A stretch of DNA of 64,000 nucleotides from assembly GCA_043228905.1 (NCBI GenBank), contig JBHGNT010000022.1:3844001-3908000 (forward strand). The letters are read 5' to 3'. Numbering within the stretch: position 1 is the stretch's first letter; each line of letters starts with the position of its first letter. This DNA comes from Azolla caroliniana. Taxonomy: Eukaryota > Plantae > Polypodiophyta. Under the pieces are notes generated by a model. The model saw only the letters and a program-made list of their open reading frames with translations, was not told the origin of the DNA and did not search any database. Both the position numbers and the translations under genes were made by a program. Shown here piece after piece: positions 47,901 to 61,272 of this stretch.

Positions 47901-50900
47901 CCGATGATCAGATAGTGCTGATTCATGAAAGGAGACCAGGCTCAGGAACAACTGAATTTGGAAGTGGAGAGCCCCCAGATGTTGAAAATTGGAAAGTCTC
48001 GATGACCCTTAGAGGGCACACGGCTGATGTGGTAATGCTGTTCTTCTCTTTTCTTTATTCCCTCTCTTATCCAATGATGATGTATATATGGTATTCAACA
48101 TATTCATCCAGTTACCCCTAAAATATATTGTTCAACTGATCCTCTTGTCCAATTTATTCATTGGAATTTCTGTGAGGAACTAGGAGTGCTGCATAATGCT
48201 TAATCTGTGCTATTGCATTGCTCTTCATCCGTTTTGCTCATTCTTTCTGTCTTTCTTTTCTATAATTAAAACATGCTGCCTATTCTTCCAGTGATATTAG
48301 ATATATCTGCTTCACTAACTTCTAGTCTCTAGAGAATAATGGATGGATATGTAGTAGTATCATGTGCCTAAGAACCACAAACCGGATGAATGTATTGTAG
48401 AATGAGGATCATATACAAATATCTGTTGTGTAAACAAGACATCTCATATAAAGCTCTTCTGGTTTATGAATTTTAATTTAAATTGCTGATTCAAATGGCA
48501 AGTAATGGATGAAGGCCGGTGGGCTTCTTTTGTTTTTGTGTGTAAATTGAAGTAGGTGGATCTTGGTTGGTGCTCAGATGACTCTCTACTTGCTAGCTGT
48601 AGTCTTGATAACACAATACGTATCTGGAACATGTCAAATGGTGCTCAAGTTTCTGTTTTAAAAGGTCATTCGAGCCTTGTGAAAGGTGTGGCTTGGGATC
48701 CAGTTGGCTCTTTTTTAGCTAGTCAATCAGATGATAAATCAATCATTATTTGGCGGACGAGTGATTGGAGCCTTGCACGTAAACTTGAGGGGCATTGGGA
48801 GAAGAGTGTAAGCATGTTGATTTGCGTCTATTGTGGTTTGATGTGAGAGACGGGTGTATCTTGATTTACACTTTGTTGTATATGGGTTTGTATTATGGAT
48901 AGGTTGGCTCTACTTTCTTCCGGAGACTTGATTGGTCCCCTTGTGGGCACTTTATAACCACCACTAATGGATTTCAGAAGCCAAAGCACTCGGCTCCTGT
49001 CTTGGAACGGGGGGATTGGACAGCTAGCTATGATTTTTTAGGCCACAATGCACCAATTGTTGCTGTTCGTTTCAACCATTCTTTGTTCCGGAAACACCCT
49101 CATTTGTCTGCTGTAGATGGAGACAATGCTAAAGTTGGCGATCATCATGATGGCCCAATGAATGGAAATGTAAAATCCACTTCCAAAGATGCTGCACCAT
49201 ATAATGTGATCGCTATGGGAAGTCAGGATTGCTCTATAACTGTTTGGACAACTACAAGTGCTCGACCAATTTTTGTTGGGAAGCATTTTTTCACTCAAAG
49301 TGTTGTTGATCTATCATGGTTCGTATGCTCGTATTTTATCTTTCAATAGTGCTGTCTTTCTTTCAATAGTGTTAATGTGGGAGCGTTTTGCTAATCTGTA
49401 CTATGTTTATAAATTATTATTGTGATGGATGCAGGAGTCCAGATGGTTATTCTCTCTTTTGTTGCTCATTGGATGGGTCTATAGCTGTATTTCATTTTGA
49501 GGTGAAAGAGCTAGGATATAAATTTACAGATAATGAGATGGAGGATCTGAAGAAGAATCGATATGGAGATACGCGTGGGCGACAAACATCATTAGCAGAA
49601 TCTCCAGCACAGTTAGTGTTGGAATCTCTTGCTGCAAAGCAATGGGGAGGTGGAGAAACTCAAGCCAATATTCATCCCCAACCCAACTCACAGCAAGCCC
49701 AAAATAATGTTGTATCTATCAAACCTCAAACACCTTCAACTCATGTTGATATGGGTTCAGGTCAATCTCTTAACAAAGGAGCTGTTGTCACTGCAAATGC
49801 ACCCCCTCCTCCTCCTCAAAAGGAAGTTCCAACAAGAACGTCGAGCCCTGTTAAACAAAGGGAATATCGAAGACCCGATGGTCGTAGGCGTATCATCCCC
49901 GAACCTGTTGGTCATCAAAGTAGAGATGAGAGATTGGTCACAAATGGTGTGAATACTGTTGCATCCACGGTCTCAGGCCAGAAAAGAGATTTAGATGCCT
50001 TGGGTAGTATGGATACAATAATGACATCTAAAGATAGTAGAAAAGAATCCTTGCCTAAAGGTGGTGGGGTCAACGAGGTTGCTGGAAATCATCAGATAGG
50101 TGTTCCTAGTAGACCAAGGATTGGCATTGATTCAAGTGTGAAGGAAATAGGGCTTTGCTCGACTGATGCTGCCCAGATGGGTATGGGGTCAAGTTCTGGT
50201 CGAAGAGAGATTGTTCTGAATGCTGATGTAAAGGGCACTAAAGGTGTGCTTTCTATTGTTATATCCAATAATGAAGATGCCGATGAAAGCTCACCAATTT
50301 GTTTAGAGGCAAGGCCTCTGATTGGTGGTTTACCTGATAATCCAGAAACAGAGATTATCTGCTCAAAATGTGGGCAAGTCCAGTGGAAGGATAGGCTGGC
50401 AGGGAAAGCTACTGTTATAGCGGGCAACTCCAATATATGGGCTGTTGGTTGTGATGAAGGTACTTTACAGGTTAGTAATTATCTCTTTTGTTTTTCTGAA
50501 GTGTAGCTATTGATACTGAGGATGTTCATACTACTTTCTTAATGTATTATACTTTTTATTATGTATTGTCTTATAAGGTGATTGTATGAACTTGTATAGG
50601 TGTACACTAAGGCAGGAAGAAGAGCTATGCCGAGTCTGATTGTGGGGTCATCTCCAGCGTTTTTGGATTGTAATGAAGGATCAAAGTTGTTATTGTTAAC
50701 TAGAAATGGGTCACTATATTTGTGGGAATGTATTGGATTGAGATGTTTATTGAAAGAATCGGTCCTACCTCTTTTGGCTATGTCTTCTGATTCGTGTGAT
50801 AAAGGTACCTTCATTGTTTCGTTGGCTTATAGCTGACACATAACGCTTCAGCTCAATAGCAGTGATAGATTACAAGAAATTGTTTTTTGCAGGCGCTATG

Positions 50901-53185
50901 AAGGTAGTGTCGGCTAGAATTTCAAGGTCGGGGGCTCCTTTAGTGGTTCTTGCCAATAGACATGCCTTTGTCTTTGACGTGGGTATACAATGCTGGCAGC
51001 GCATAGTGGACGATCAGTTCCATGGATCAAGTTTTTTCACCTCTCTTCATGGCTCCTTTGCAGCAAGAGACAGTGAGCTAGCTTCTCTTCAAGCTGCAGC
51101 AGCTGCAAAATCTCTCCGCAGCCATAAATGGAACAGGTATTATTTTTACTGATGTTGTGTACTATCTTGTCTCTCTAATGTTTAGTCGCAAATTTCATAT
51201 TTTTAATACATTTTTCTAACCTTTACTCCTAAATAATGTTTGATGAGCATGTATTTGCTTCGCTTTCCTGTGTTGCTGACTAATTTGGCAGTCATATGAG
51301 AGGATGAAGGCAAAGGAGACAACCCAAATTGTCATTAGATCTAACATAAAATGTTTTAAAACTCCGTAAAAACTCATAAGAAACAGTGTTGGCTCTTGTT
51401 TATGCCTTAGAGCAATGAATATTAATCACTTTCTACCACTCTGAGCCTTTTTGTCAGCAGTGATGAGGTCTAACTTGAATTTTGATCTAATAGAATCTGC
51501 TTATCATCTAAAGATGATTAGCCAGCAGTTAAGGAGTGTTTAATGAGAAATTAAAGAATAGGAAGTCAGAAATAAGATCCTCATCCCAAGGGTGGAGGGA
51601 GTTTTATATATTGGAAAGGCAGTGCACCTTCAAGGAAGAATCTTTGCTAAAGCATACGAGGGAAGTCTAGATGCTAATAGTACATTACCTTAGCTTAGAC
51701 TTTAACATACCACTTAACCCTAACTATAGCTATGTCCAGACCATAGCCACCCAGATGTAGGCTGACTTGATGGCTGTCAACTGACTAGTTGGCATATCTC
51801 TTCCATAAATGTCTAGATCAAGGTAAATATTATACATATGCTAGTTACACGGGATGACATTCAAGATCATAATAAGATGTGAACTCTATCTATTTTGTTT
51901 TCCATGGATCCTATGAATAAATATTCAATGTTTACTAGGCAGAGAATCACAGACATAGGATTCACATCAAATCTGGGATCTTTAAATGTATCTGAACTAT
52001 AACAATTGCATGGCGGTTGTTATGTCTATAGATCTGGTGTTTTTGTAAATGTAGTTGCATATTCTATTTTTAAAATTCTAAACAGGGCCATCAATGAAGA
52101 CAAGAACAGTACGAGAGCTCATCTAGAGTCTCAAATAGCATCAGCAGTGGCCTTGAATTCTCCTGATGATTATCAACACTTTTTATTAGCATATGCTCGA
52201 TTCCTTGCAAGGTAATCAAAGAAAAGTTAACCTATATTTTTTTCATATATTAGTCTTACAGTATCATTTCTATATGACAATGCTTAAAGCAATTGCACCA
52301 CTTATAACATATGGTTGAATCCAGGGAGGCTGACGAGGGTCGTCTACGAGAGCTTTGCATGGAACTTTTGGGTCCTCCGCGTGCTTCTGAAATTACCCCA
52401 AATATAATAGTCACTTCCTCTACACAAGAGGTCAACAATTGGGAAACAAATATATTGGTAAGAACCCATCAGGAACACCATTTCTTTCTTTTCTCCCTCA
52501 AAAGTTCCAAAAGGAGGATTATTCTATGGACTTATGTTCTCCTTCCAAAACACCCAAAAAACAGTTTACTGAATGTGCATGTGTTGTTCCAAGGGAGTGT
52601 TATCCGAAAAGTATGGTTCATTGTTGAAAAGTTTGTATTGCATGAGTTGTTTTATAAGACTCCCTGGTATCCTTTGTTCTATTCTTCTTAATGGCTTGAT
52701 AGGGTAAAAATAGGGACATAATGCTATAAATCTGATAAAAATAAGGATACAAATCTATAATTATGATGAAAACCCTAAAAGCACACATTGGCCTGCTGTT
52801 TCTACGTTATGAAACATTTTAGCTATTGTTGCCAAACATAGTGGTAAATTCATAAATACTTTTCATCTATTTATGGCAAATTGTTTTTTAAACCTTGATG
52901 ATATAAAGTGGCTGGAAGTCTTGGAAGACAAATTATCTCAATTTGGCGAGCATTGTCCTCAATTACTTTTGTCTTTCTTGCCTGTTTTCTTTCGATGTTA
53001 TGCATGTGCAATGAATTGTATTATGTGTCATGACCTTTTTTCAACAGGGATTAAAGAAACAGGATTTGCTGAAATCACAAGTTCTCCCAGCGATGGCTTC
53101 CAATAGGAGCATTCAGCGTTTATTGAATGAGATAATGGATTTAGTTAGCGAGCATGAAGCACACCAACAATGCTTGAAAACATGA
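44966..53185 (+). CDS. HIRA: Histone chaperone HIRA, ~978 aa; exons 44966-45073, 47753-48031, 48556-48807, 48903-49318, 49435-50470, 50600-50804, 50893-51136, 52086-52211, 52325-52457, 53048-53185
   Basis: [23 protein letters not shown] start, WD40 repeats, B-domain [17 protein letters not shown]-terminal [11 protein letters not shown] / [18 protein letters not shown] / VLPAMASNR. All introns GT-AG and in frame (2937 nt). Confidence 0.96.
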
Positions 53186-54414
53186 GAATATTTCTGGCAA
53201 AAACGAGAGAAAAGGTTTGTCATATTTTTTGTAACACATCTTTTGCTATCATTTATAACGTCCCTCCCCTTTGAAAGAAAGAAAGCCCTCCATTTGATTT
53301 CAGTTTAATTATTAGATTGTAGTCGAGAATGCTGGGGCAAAATGGCCCCCTTTTCTTGTATATTATTAGCTCATGGGACTAACATGTCCTTAATGGAGAC
53401 TTTTACTTACTATTGATCTAGAAAATTGTTGGGAGGAGATGTTTTAGGTGTATTTGATATATGAATTCAAACCTAGACAGATATTAAAAAGAGTGTGAAC
53501 TAGAAGATAAAGTGTGAAGTTTGTTAAGTAATGTGATGATGAAAGGTACCATAGCAAGTAAATACAATTTTTTTAAAAAGATGAATAAATGTTTTATTTC
53601 AACCCCATAGAAATTTTATATGGAGGGTGATGGTATATATTGGAGACTATTGGTCTTTTGATGAAAGTATCAAGAGTGAAACCCGTAGGATTCAGAATGT
53701 TAGTTATATTCTTGCATTTTCCGTTTACTTGACAATGACCTCGATATATGTGATGGGAATACAAGGGCAAGGATTGTGTTTTCCCATTCTAATCATATTT
53801 TCTTAGCATGTGTAATGGCAGTATTCTGAGGTAGTATAATGCTCATATCCAAATGCAGAAATCTTTCTTTATAAATGAGGTTGATGTTTTAATCATTTGA
53901 ACCTCCTGGAGATCACGTGACCAGAGAAGGCGTAACTAGTTGGATGGTTACATTTTGATATATCTTAATTGTATAGGATTGGTTAATATATTGATTGTAT
54001 GACTTCACAAGGCGTAACAAGACAGTTACAGAAGGATATATCTTAGTTGCGATGTATTGGTTATATGTTTTGATGGTGGGTATTGGCTGTGCAATAATCT
54101 CCGTCTTGAATTGTGTTATGGAGTTTCTTGGATCATAGAGCATCCTTGTTTGCATGGAGCATTGAAACTAACAGTGATTAGGTACCGTGCTCTTAAACCT
54201 AACGTCCACATGTTCACACCTCAGTGCATTGACTGTATCTTCACAAGTTCAGTATCATGCTGTAAAGCTAAAATAACTTGATGATTAACCATATGTAACG
54301 AGATAAGTTAGATTATGTGCCTAAACAATGACCTTACCAAAATTCTAAGTATAGGAAACGTCGAGCTTTAGTACTGACTTGGATTATATTGTCAAACTAA
54401 GATACCTAGACGAT

Positions 54415-54886
54415 CATGTAAAGGGTTGTTGCACTGTTAACCAAGAATGCAATGCTAGATAATGTTGTGGTTTTTAGATCAAATCAAGAAGCAACATTTG
54501 GCTTAAGAAGTTGACTTGTGGAACTCCCCAAACATACTCACAATTGGTTCTTTGAGAAGGATGAGTAGATGACATGTAAAGGGTTGACTCACTGTTAACC
54601 AAGAATGCAATGCTAGATAATGTTGTGGTTTTTAGATCAAATCAAGAAGCAACATTTGGCTTAAGAAGTTGACTTGTGGAACTCCCCAAACATACTCACA
54701 ATTGGTTCTTTGAGAAGGATGAGTAGATATCATGTAAAGGGTTGACTCACTGTTAACCAAGAATGCAATGCTAGATAATGTTGTGGTTTTTAGATCAAAT
54801 CAAGAAGCAACATTTGGCTTAAGAAGTTGACTTGAGGAGCTCCCCAAACATACTCACAATTGGTTCTTTGAGAAGGATGATGAGTA
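54415..54886. repeat. 158-bp tandem repeat x3
   Basis: catgtaaagggttg... at 54415, 54573 and 54731, nearly identical. Confidence 0.93.
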
Positions 54887-56363
54887 GGTATAAACGTCTA
54901 GAATCAAATGGGCTTAAATTCTTCAAGTTCTCTAGTCAACATTGTTGGACACCAAGCTTGAACGTTGTGCTAGAAGATGAGACTAGCAGTGTTTATAAAT
55001 TGGGTTTTTTGTTGTCCATCACTTGTATTATATCTATCAACATGCTAGGTGTTACACTAGGTGTAATCTCTTTTTAAGGAATATATATTCAATGGTGTCA
55101 TGTCAATATTTGAACTTATTTGTGAAATCCCCTCCCAGTAAACTTCAATATTGATAGGACTAAATGTAGGTTATGTTCCTAAGTCTTTTCCATATTGATG
55201 TTGATGTATTGCATTTTGTAAAATCCCCTTTGATTTGATTGGATTTATGGTAGCACTTAACCACTTGCAATGTGCATATTATGCAAGAAAAACAAACAAA
55301 TGCATGATACACCCACAACAATTATGCATGATACACCACAATTTTTAATGTGGAAAACACTCGAGGTAAAACCTAGGGGACCTAGTCTAGAAACAATTCA
55401 GTGTTAATGTATAAAATTTGTATACCAAAGTTCTACTATAAATATATTAGAGTACTTTGTAAAGAGCAAAGTAAAATTTCCTCTAATAACCTAAACCCAA
55501 CTAACAAGACATAAAAAAAACCCACGAAAGACTTGCAACACTTGGTGATGGAGGTAGTGATGTCCAAAATGTGGATGTTTAATAGTGTACTATGAAGTGT
55601 TGACGAGAAGGCCAAGAAGAAAAATATGAGCTCTCCAAACTTTTGTTGTGATCTACAACAAAAATTTGCCCATGTCTCCCCCTTTTCTCACTTTTAAAAA
55701 GTGAATATAGATGTCTAAATACATATAAGTTGAGCCTTTTCACATTGTATTAAAAATAATAATATTTGGCCGTCCAAGGCTTATCCACACACCCAAATAT
55801 GTGTGGCCAAAAATACTAACAATCTCCCCCTCTAGCCACGTATGGAGAAGATTTTGTTGAGCAACTCATTTGTATCCAATCTAGCAAGCTTGGCACATAG
55901 CTCAAGCTTTTCTTCGGAGACCACCTTTGCAACATGTCAACAACATTATCATCCGTGTAGATTTTCTTGAGTTGTAATAGTTGGTCTTCAATTGTTGAGT
56001 GTAGCCAATGATACCTCACATCAATGTGTTTCGTGCGAGAATGGTACATCGTGTTCTTGCTCAAATGTATTGTAGTTTGACTATCACAAAATATCATGTA
56101 AGTTAGTTTATTCAAACCCAATTCCGAACAAACCTTTTCATCCAAAGCATCTCTTTGCCAACTTCAATCATTGCAATATATTCTACTTTAGCAACACAAT
56201 TTTGCGATGATTGAAGTTGGCAATGATCAAAGCAACACAATTTTGCGACTCAAAACTCCATATGATACAACTCCCCTTGCGAAAGTAAATAGGAAAGCAA
56301 AAGTAGAATGTCCGTATCTAAAAAACCTTCAAGAATGGGGTTAGAACCAACAAAATATAAACA

Positions 56364-56537
56364 CGTGTAGATCCAGCCTTTCCTAAGCCTTTACTATTGG
56401 TGTCAGTATTTCCAATGCGCCCTACACTTGCTAAACGATTTTGAGGTATTAAACGAATTTCACCAGAAGGTAGTCTTAGTGTAGCTAATCTTCCTTCCTT
56501 GGCTACTACCTTTGTTCGTGCACCAGCTGCTCTGACC
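56364..56537 (-). pseudogene. rpl2: Plastid rpl2 fragment (NUPT)
   Basis: [43 protein letters not shown]...LGKAGSTR matches the uL2 C-terminal domain. Confidence 0.85.
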
Positions 56538-56906
56538 ACCTCTGCCATATTTGGAACCCAAATGGAACACCGCATCAGTAAATGTATTGATATTCCGTGT
56601 ACATCTGTGGCAGAATATAGGCGTTTGTAGAGTTCCATTGTAGCATCCTCTAACGATTCAATAGCACTTTTTTTGTTATTTCAACATACTCGAAAATATT
56701 TTTGGGTAACAAACGCAAATCAAATGTATCCAATCATTCGGGGGCGATAAACGTTTTTGTTTGAACCCCCAATATCAATTACATAGTATATCATGAAATA
56801 GATTTTTGAGAATACCTATTCCTCCTATCTTCCATACAGGGGTAACCAAGCTTTTGTCAGTCATCGACCAATCAGTTATCGTTGTTTGCTGAGGGGATAT
56901 TCTAAA
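56538..56906 (-). other. Rest of the foreign insert; includes an rpoB-like stretch (~56590-56680)
   Basis: [18 protein letters not shown] resembles plastid RpoB; the remainder is unassigned. Confidence 0.4.
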
Positions 56907-57307
56907 TAGATGTACCTCTTAAATATCTAAAAATCTATTTTATGACATCCCAATGAGACTTACAAGGATCAGAGAGATATCTACTTGCAACAATAAGAAT
57001 AGGCAATATTAGGTTTTGTGTTAACCACAGTCCACAACATACATTAAGGAACGAATTGTTGAAGAGTAAGGAATTGAAGGCATCTCTTCTTTTTCATGCT
57101 CGGTTGTGGACAATATTTTCTACACAATTTGAAATTACTAGCAAGAGAGGCACACATTGATTTTTCTTGTTCCATATTAAACCTCTCTAGTACTCATTCT
57201 ATGTACTTTTCTTGAGAAAGCCATAACAATCCACATCCCTTATTGCAAGCTATTTTCATGCCTAAAATATGTTTACTATGCACTAAATCTTTCATGTCAA
57301 AGGACTG

Positions 57308-60300
57308 TGTTAGGATCGTAACTGGCCACTACCGGTTTCTCGTATGTATATTCAGGGTACAAAGAATCGAATAAGATAGTGCGCAGACAGAAAACGAGGA
57401 GATATAGAGACACAAGTATTTTAACGTGGAAAACCCGAAAGGGAAAAACCACGGGGGTCCACAAACCCCAAGAAGTGAATCACTATAAAGGTAAGGTATA
57501 CAATAAGGATCTCAGAGGCAACAACCTTCTAGTCCTTCGTTTAACAGACGGTGGCAGATTTACTCTCTCTTTGTCTCACTCTTACACACTGTTATAGAGG
57601 CAACAACCTCGTCAGTAACTATACAACTACATTGATCAACTGCACTAATGAATGCCCTAGGTGTATTTATACCAATACAACATTGAGGGCTATTTACAAA
57701 TATAGCCCACAAGGGCACATTAACTCTATTTACAAATATGGCCCCAAATCGGCTTCTTTCTTCGACTCATGCTCCTCTTCCAATCCGGAGGGACATGTTT
57801 CCTAACAAACTCCCCCTTTACTCCGGCATGGGTTGCTTCATCAATCCGACACTTTGTCGGCACCCGTCCAACTTTTCGGTCGGCAACACTTTTGTTAGCA
57901 TGTTTGACCCGTTCTTCGTTGTATGTACCTTCACGAGAGAAAATTCCTTCTCTTCTACCCACTCGTGTAGCCAATGGTATCTCCTCTGGATGTGCTTGGT
58001 CCTCGAGTGGTAGGCGGCATTCTTCACAAGGTGGATGACACTCTAGTTATCGCAATAGAGTCAAAATTCATCTTGCCGAATTCCCAACTCTTCGATAAAC
58101 TCCTTCATCCATATGATTTCTTTGTCAGCTTCCGCTGCGGCCATATACTTGGCTTCCGTGATTGACAACGCCACGACCTTCTACAACCTCGACTGCCACG
58201 ACCTTCTACAACCTCGACTGCCACGAGATGACTTCCCCTCCATAAGTCATTACATATCCGGACGTGGATCATTTGGTATCCACATCAACCGACATGTCTA
58301 AATCGGTATAACCTTACAATGTGGGGTTACCTGAGCCGAATCGGAGGCACACACTCAAGGTGCCTCTCAGGTTCCAAAGTATCCACTTGACTGTTGCCCG
58401 ATGCTCTCTTCTAGGATTGTTGATATATTGGCTGACGACTCCAACAACGTATCCAATGTTCGGCTTGGTGCAAACCATCGCATACATCAAGCTTCCGACT
58501 GTTGAGGCATAGGAGACCTTATTCATCTCAGCCTTCTCCGTTTTTGTTTTCGGACATTGGCTTCCGGACAGCTTACAGTTTGCCAGTAGTGTCGAGCCAT
58601 CCAGTCTCACATTCAACATGTTGAATCTCTGGAGCACCTTTGTCACATATTTCTTCTGTGATAACCATAACAATTTCTTTGTCCGATCCCGAACAATGTC
58701 CATACCTAGAATTTGCTTTGCCGGACCCATATCCTTCATTGAGAACAACTTGTTCATGGCCTTCTTCAAACTTCCGATTTTCTTCGAGTCTTGTCTAACA
58801 TTAACATGTCATCAACATACAATAGGAGGATGAGAAAGTCTCCTTCATCATATTTCTTAACAAAGACACAATGGTCGGCTTGCGTCTTGTTGAAGCCATG
58901 ATCCACCATGAAGGATTCAGATTTTTGGTACCTTTGTCGGGGAGCTTGCCTCAATCCGTATAAGCTCTTCCTCAATCGGCATACCAGGTTCTCATTTCCT
59001 TTCACTACGAATCCCTCTGGCATCATCTCTTTTCCTTTCCTTTCCTTTCATCAACGCCTCAACCCATAACGTCTTGGACAATTTAGCATGTGCTAACATA
59101 CTTCGGACCCTCTCCATAATGGTTTGGTTCATCCTCTCGGCCAACCCATTTAGTTCTGGGATTTTTAGCACGGTATACTCAAGTCAGATTCCTCGATATT
59201 CTCCACTGTTATCCGCTTGGACCGCTTTCAGTTGTCGATCGATCTCTCGTTCAACTCTCACTTGGAACTCTCTGAAGAGAGACAATACTTGGTCCATGAT
59301 CTTTAGTATGGAAGCTCACAACTTCTGACTATAGTCGTCTATGAAGATCATGAAGTACTGTGAACCAACATGAGACTTTGAATTCACGTAGCATACATCC
59401 ATATGCACGAGTTCCAGCAACGTTTTCTTCCTCATCGGGGGCCTAGTTCGGAAGGAGGTTCGGTTTTGCTTGCCGGCCAAGCAATTGGTGCACTTCTCAA
59501 GTTGCACGTTCTTCACCTCCGGAATGAGGTTGTCATCGGCAAGTCTCCGCATCCCCTTCTTGCTCATGTGACACAACCTATTGTGCCATAGCTCACCGAC
59601 AGCGTTGGTTGCCACGTTCACTTCCTCCCGACGTATTCGCGCATGCATTAGATACAATGTGTTGGTTTTCCGAGCTCGAGCCACAATTAGGCTCCCCTTG
59701 CAGAACTTCATGGCACCGTTCCGGCTACTACCCATGTAGCCTTCGGCATCCAGTCGACCAACTGATATCAGATTCAATCTGACTTCCGGAACGTGTCGAA
59801 CATCCTTCAACACTAGTCTACACTCGGTTGAGGTTACCAACCACACATCTCCTATGCCAACAATTCGGCGTGCTCCTTCGTTTCCCATCTTTACAAGACC
59901 GTGGTCTCCAGCCTTGTACGACGAGAAGCACTTCCGATCGGGGGTTAGGTGAAACGACGCACCCGAATCAACCACCCATGTCTATTCATCGCCGACAAGA
60001 TTCCGCTCACTTTGCTCGCTGATGAACAATAGTTCCTCTTCACTTGTCACGATTGACGAAGTGCCTTTTCGATCCTGAATCTTCGTCGGATCCGTACTAT
60101 CGGCTCCCCCTTTGTGTTTTCGGAAGTGTCGAAAATTCTTTTGGAAGTGCCCTGGCTTCCCAGAATAGAAGCATGTGGGCCTTCCCTCGACTTCAACCTT
60201 GTCCCCGACTTCTCTCGGTTATGGGGACTTCTATTTTGGCCTCTTCCTTTATTCGAGTCACCTTTTGTGACTAGGGCCTTCTGGTTGGTTATGGATTCTC

Positions 60301-61216
60301 GGTGTTTTTGACGAGCTTCCTCATTCAGTAAGCTCGACTTCATGTCTGCCCTGGTTTCTTCATTAAAGTTGTTGTATAGTCTCATGTCTATAAAACACCT
60401 AATGTATGTCGTCGTCTTCAAATGCATGACCTCCCAGGTTGATGCATTGATCTTGTCTGGCCTTTTATCTCCGAACTACATCGGCAGCCATAGGTCTTTG
60501 CACATGAGCATATCTCGCATCTTCGACTTCCACACAAAGTAGTTGGAGCCGGTTAACTTGAACATTCCACCGAAATGTTCTTCCATCGCTCTGATACCAA
60601 TTTGTTAGGATCGTAACCGGCCACAACTGGTTTCTCCTATGTATATTCGGGGTACAAAGAATCAAATAAGATAGTGCACAGACAGAAAATGAGGAGATAT
60701 AGAGACACAAGTATTTTAACGTGGAAAACCCGAAAGGGAAAAATCATGGGGGTCCACAAACCCCAAGAAGTGAATCACTATAAAGGTAAGGTATACAATA
60801 AGGATCTCAGAGGCAACAACCTTCGAGTCCTTCTTCGTTTAACAGACGGTGGCAGAGTTACTCTCTCTTTGTCTCACTCTTACACACAGTTACAGAGGCA
60901 AAAAACCTCGTTAATAACTATACAACGATATTGATCAACTACACTAATGAATGCCCTAGGTGTATTTATACCAATACAACATCCATGGCTATTTACAAAT
61001 ATAGCCCACAAGGGCACATTAACTCTATTTACAAATATGGCCCCAAATCGCCTTCGACCGATTTGATTATTGGCTGAATTGATTCAGATTCGATTATTCG
61101 GCCATGACCGAATCAAACAATCGGTTTCATATTTCAGCCTCGACTAAATTGCTATCAACTGATTCGGTTATTTCTTTGTGCTCCTCTTCCCATCCGAAGG
61201 GACATGTTTCCTAACA
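57308..61216 (-). mobile_element. Ty1/Copia element H, internally deleted; LTRs 57308-57807 and 60603-61216
   Basis: TGTTAGG...CCTAACA LTR pair, PBS-iMet 60599-60588, PPT 57808-57820. Fragments WVVDSGASFH, LWHNRLCH, LYGLRQAPR, LLYVDD, MKDMG, YHSRTKHI. No matching TSD. Confidence 0.92.
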
Positions 61217-61272
61217 TTTAGATAGGTCCAATATTGAATTGTGGATTAGGTCTTGTCCAACACTTAGTATAT

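Larger units (their letters stand above)
55200..61272 (-). mobile_element. Old Copia element I remnant (RT-RH, PPT, 3' LTR starting at 55821), interrupted by a NUPT and by H, and abutted by J
   Basis: SFDMKDL...WLSQEKYI, IFRYLRGTS, FCDSQ...YHSRTKHIDVRYHW, PPT gagggggagat then TGTTAG. RT-like ILSVGQD...DLSK at 61217-61272. Left boundary approximate. Confidence 0.75.

Noticed and set aside
54415-54886. CRISPR-like array
   Set aside because: Contiguous units without spacers, in eukaryotic context with no cas genes.
56318-56638. 106-aa ORF as a functional nuclear rpl2
   Set aside because: Chance fusion of organellar fragments and Copia sequence; lacks both ends and a transit peptide.
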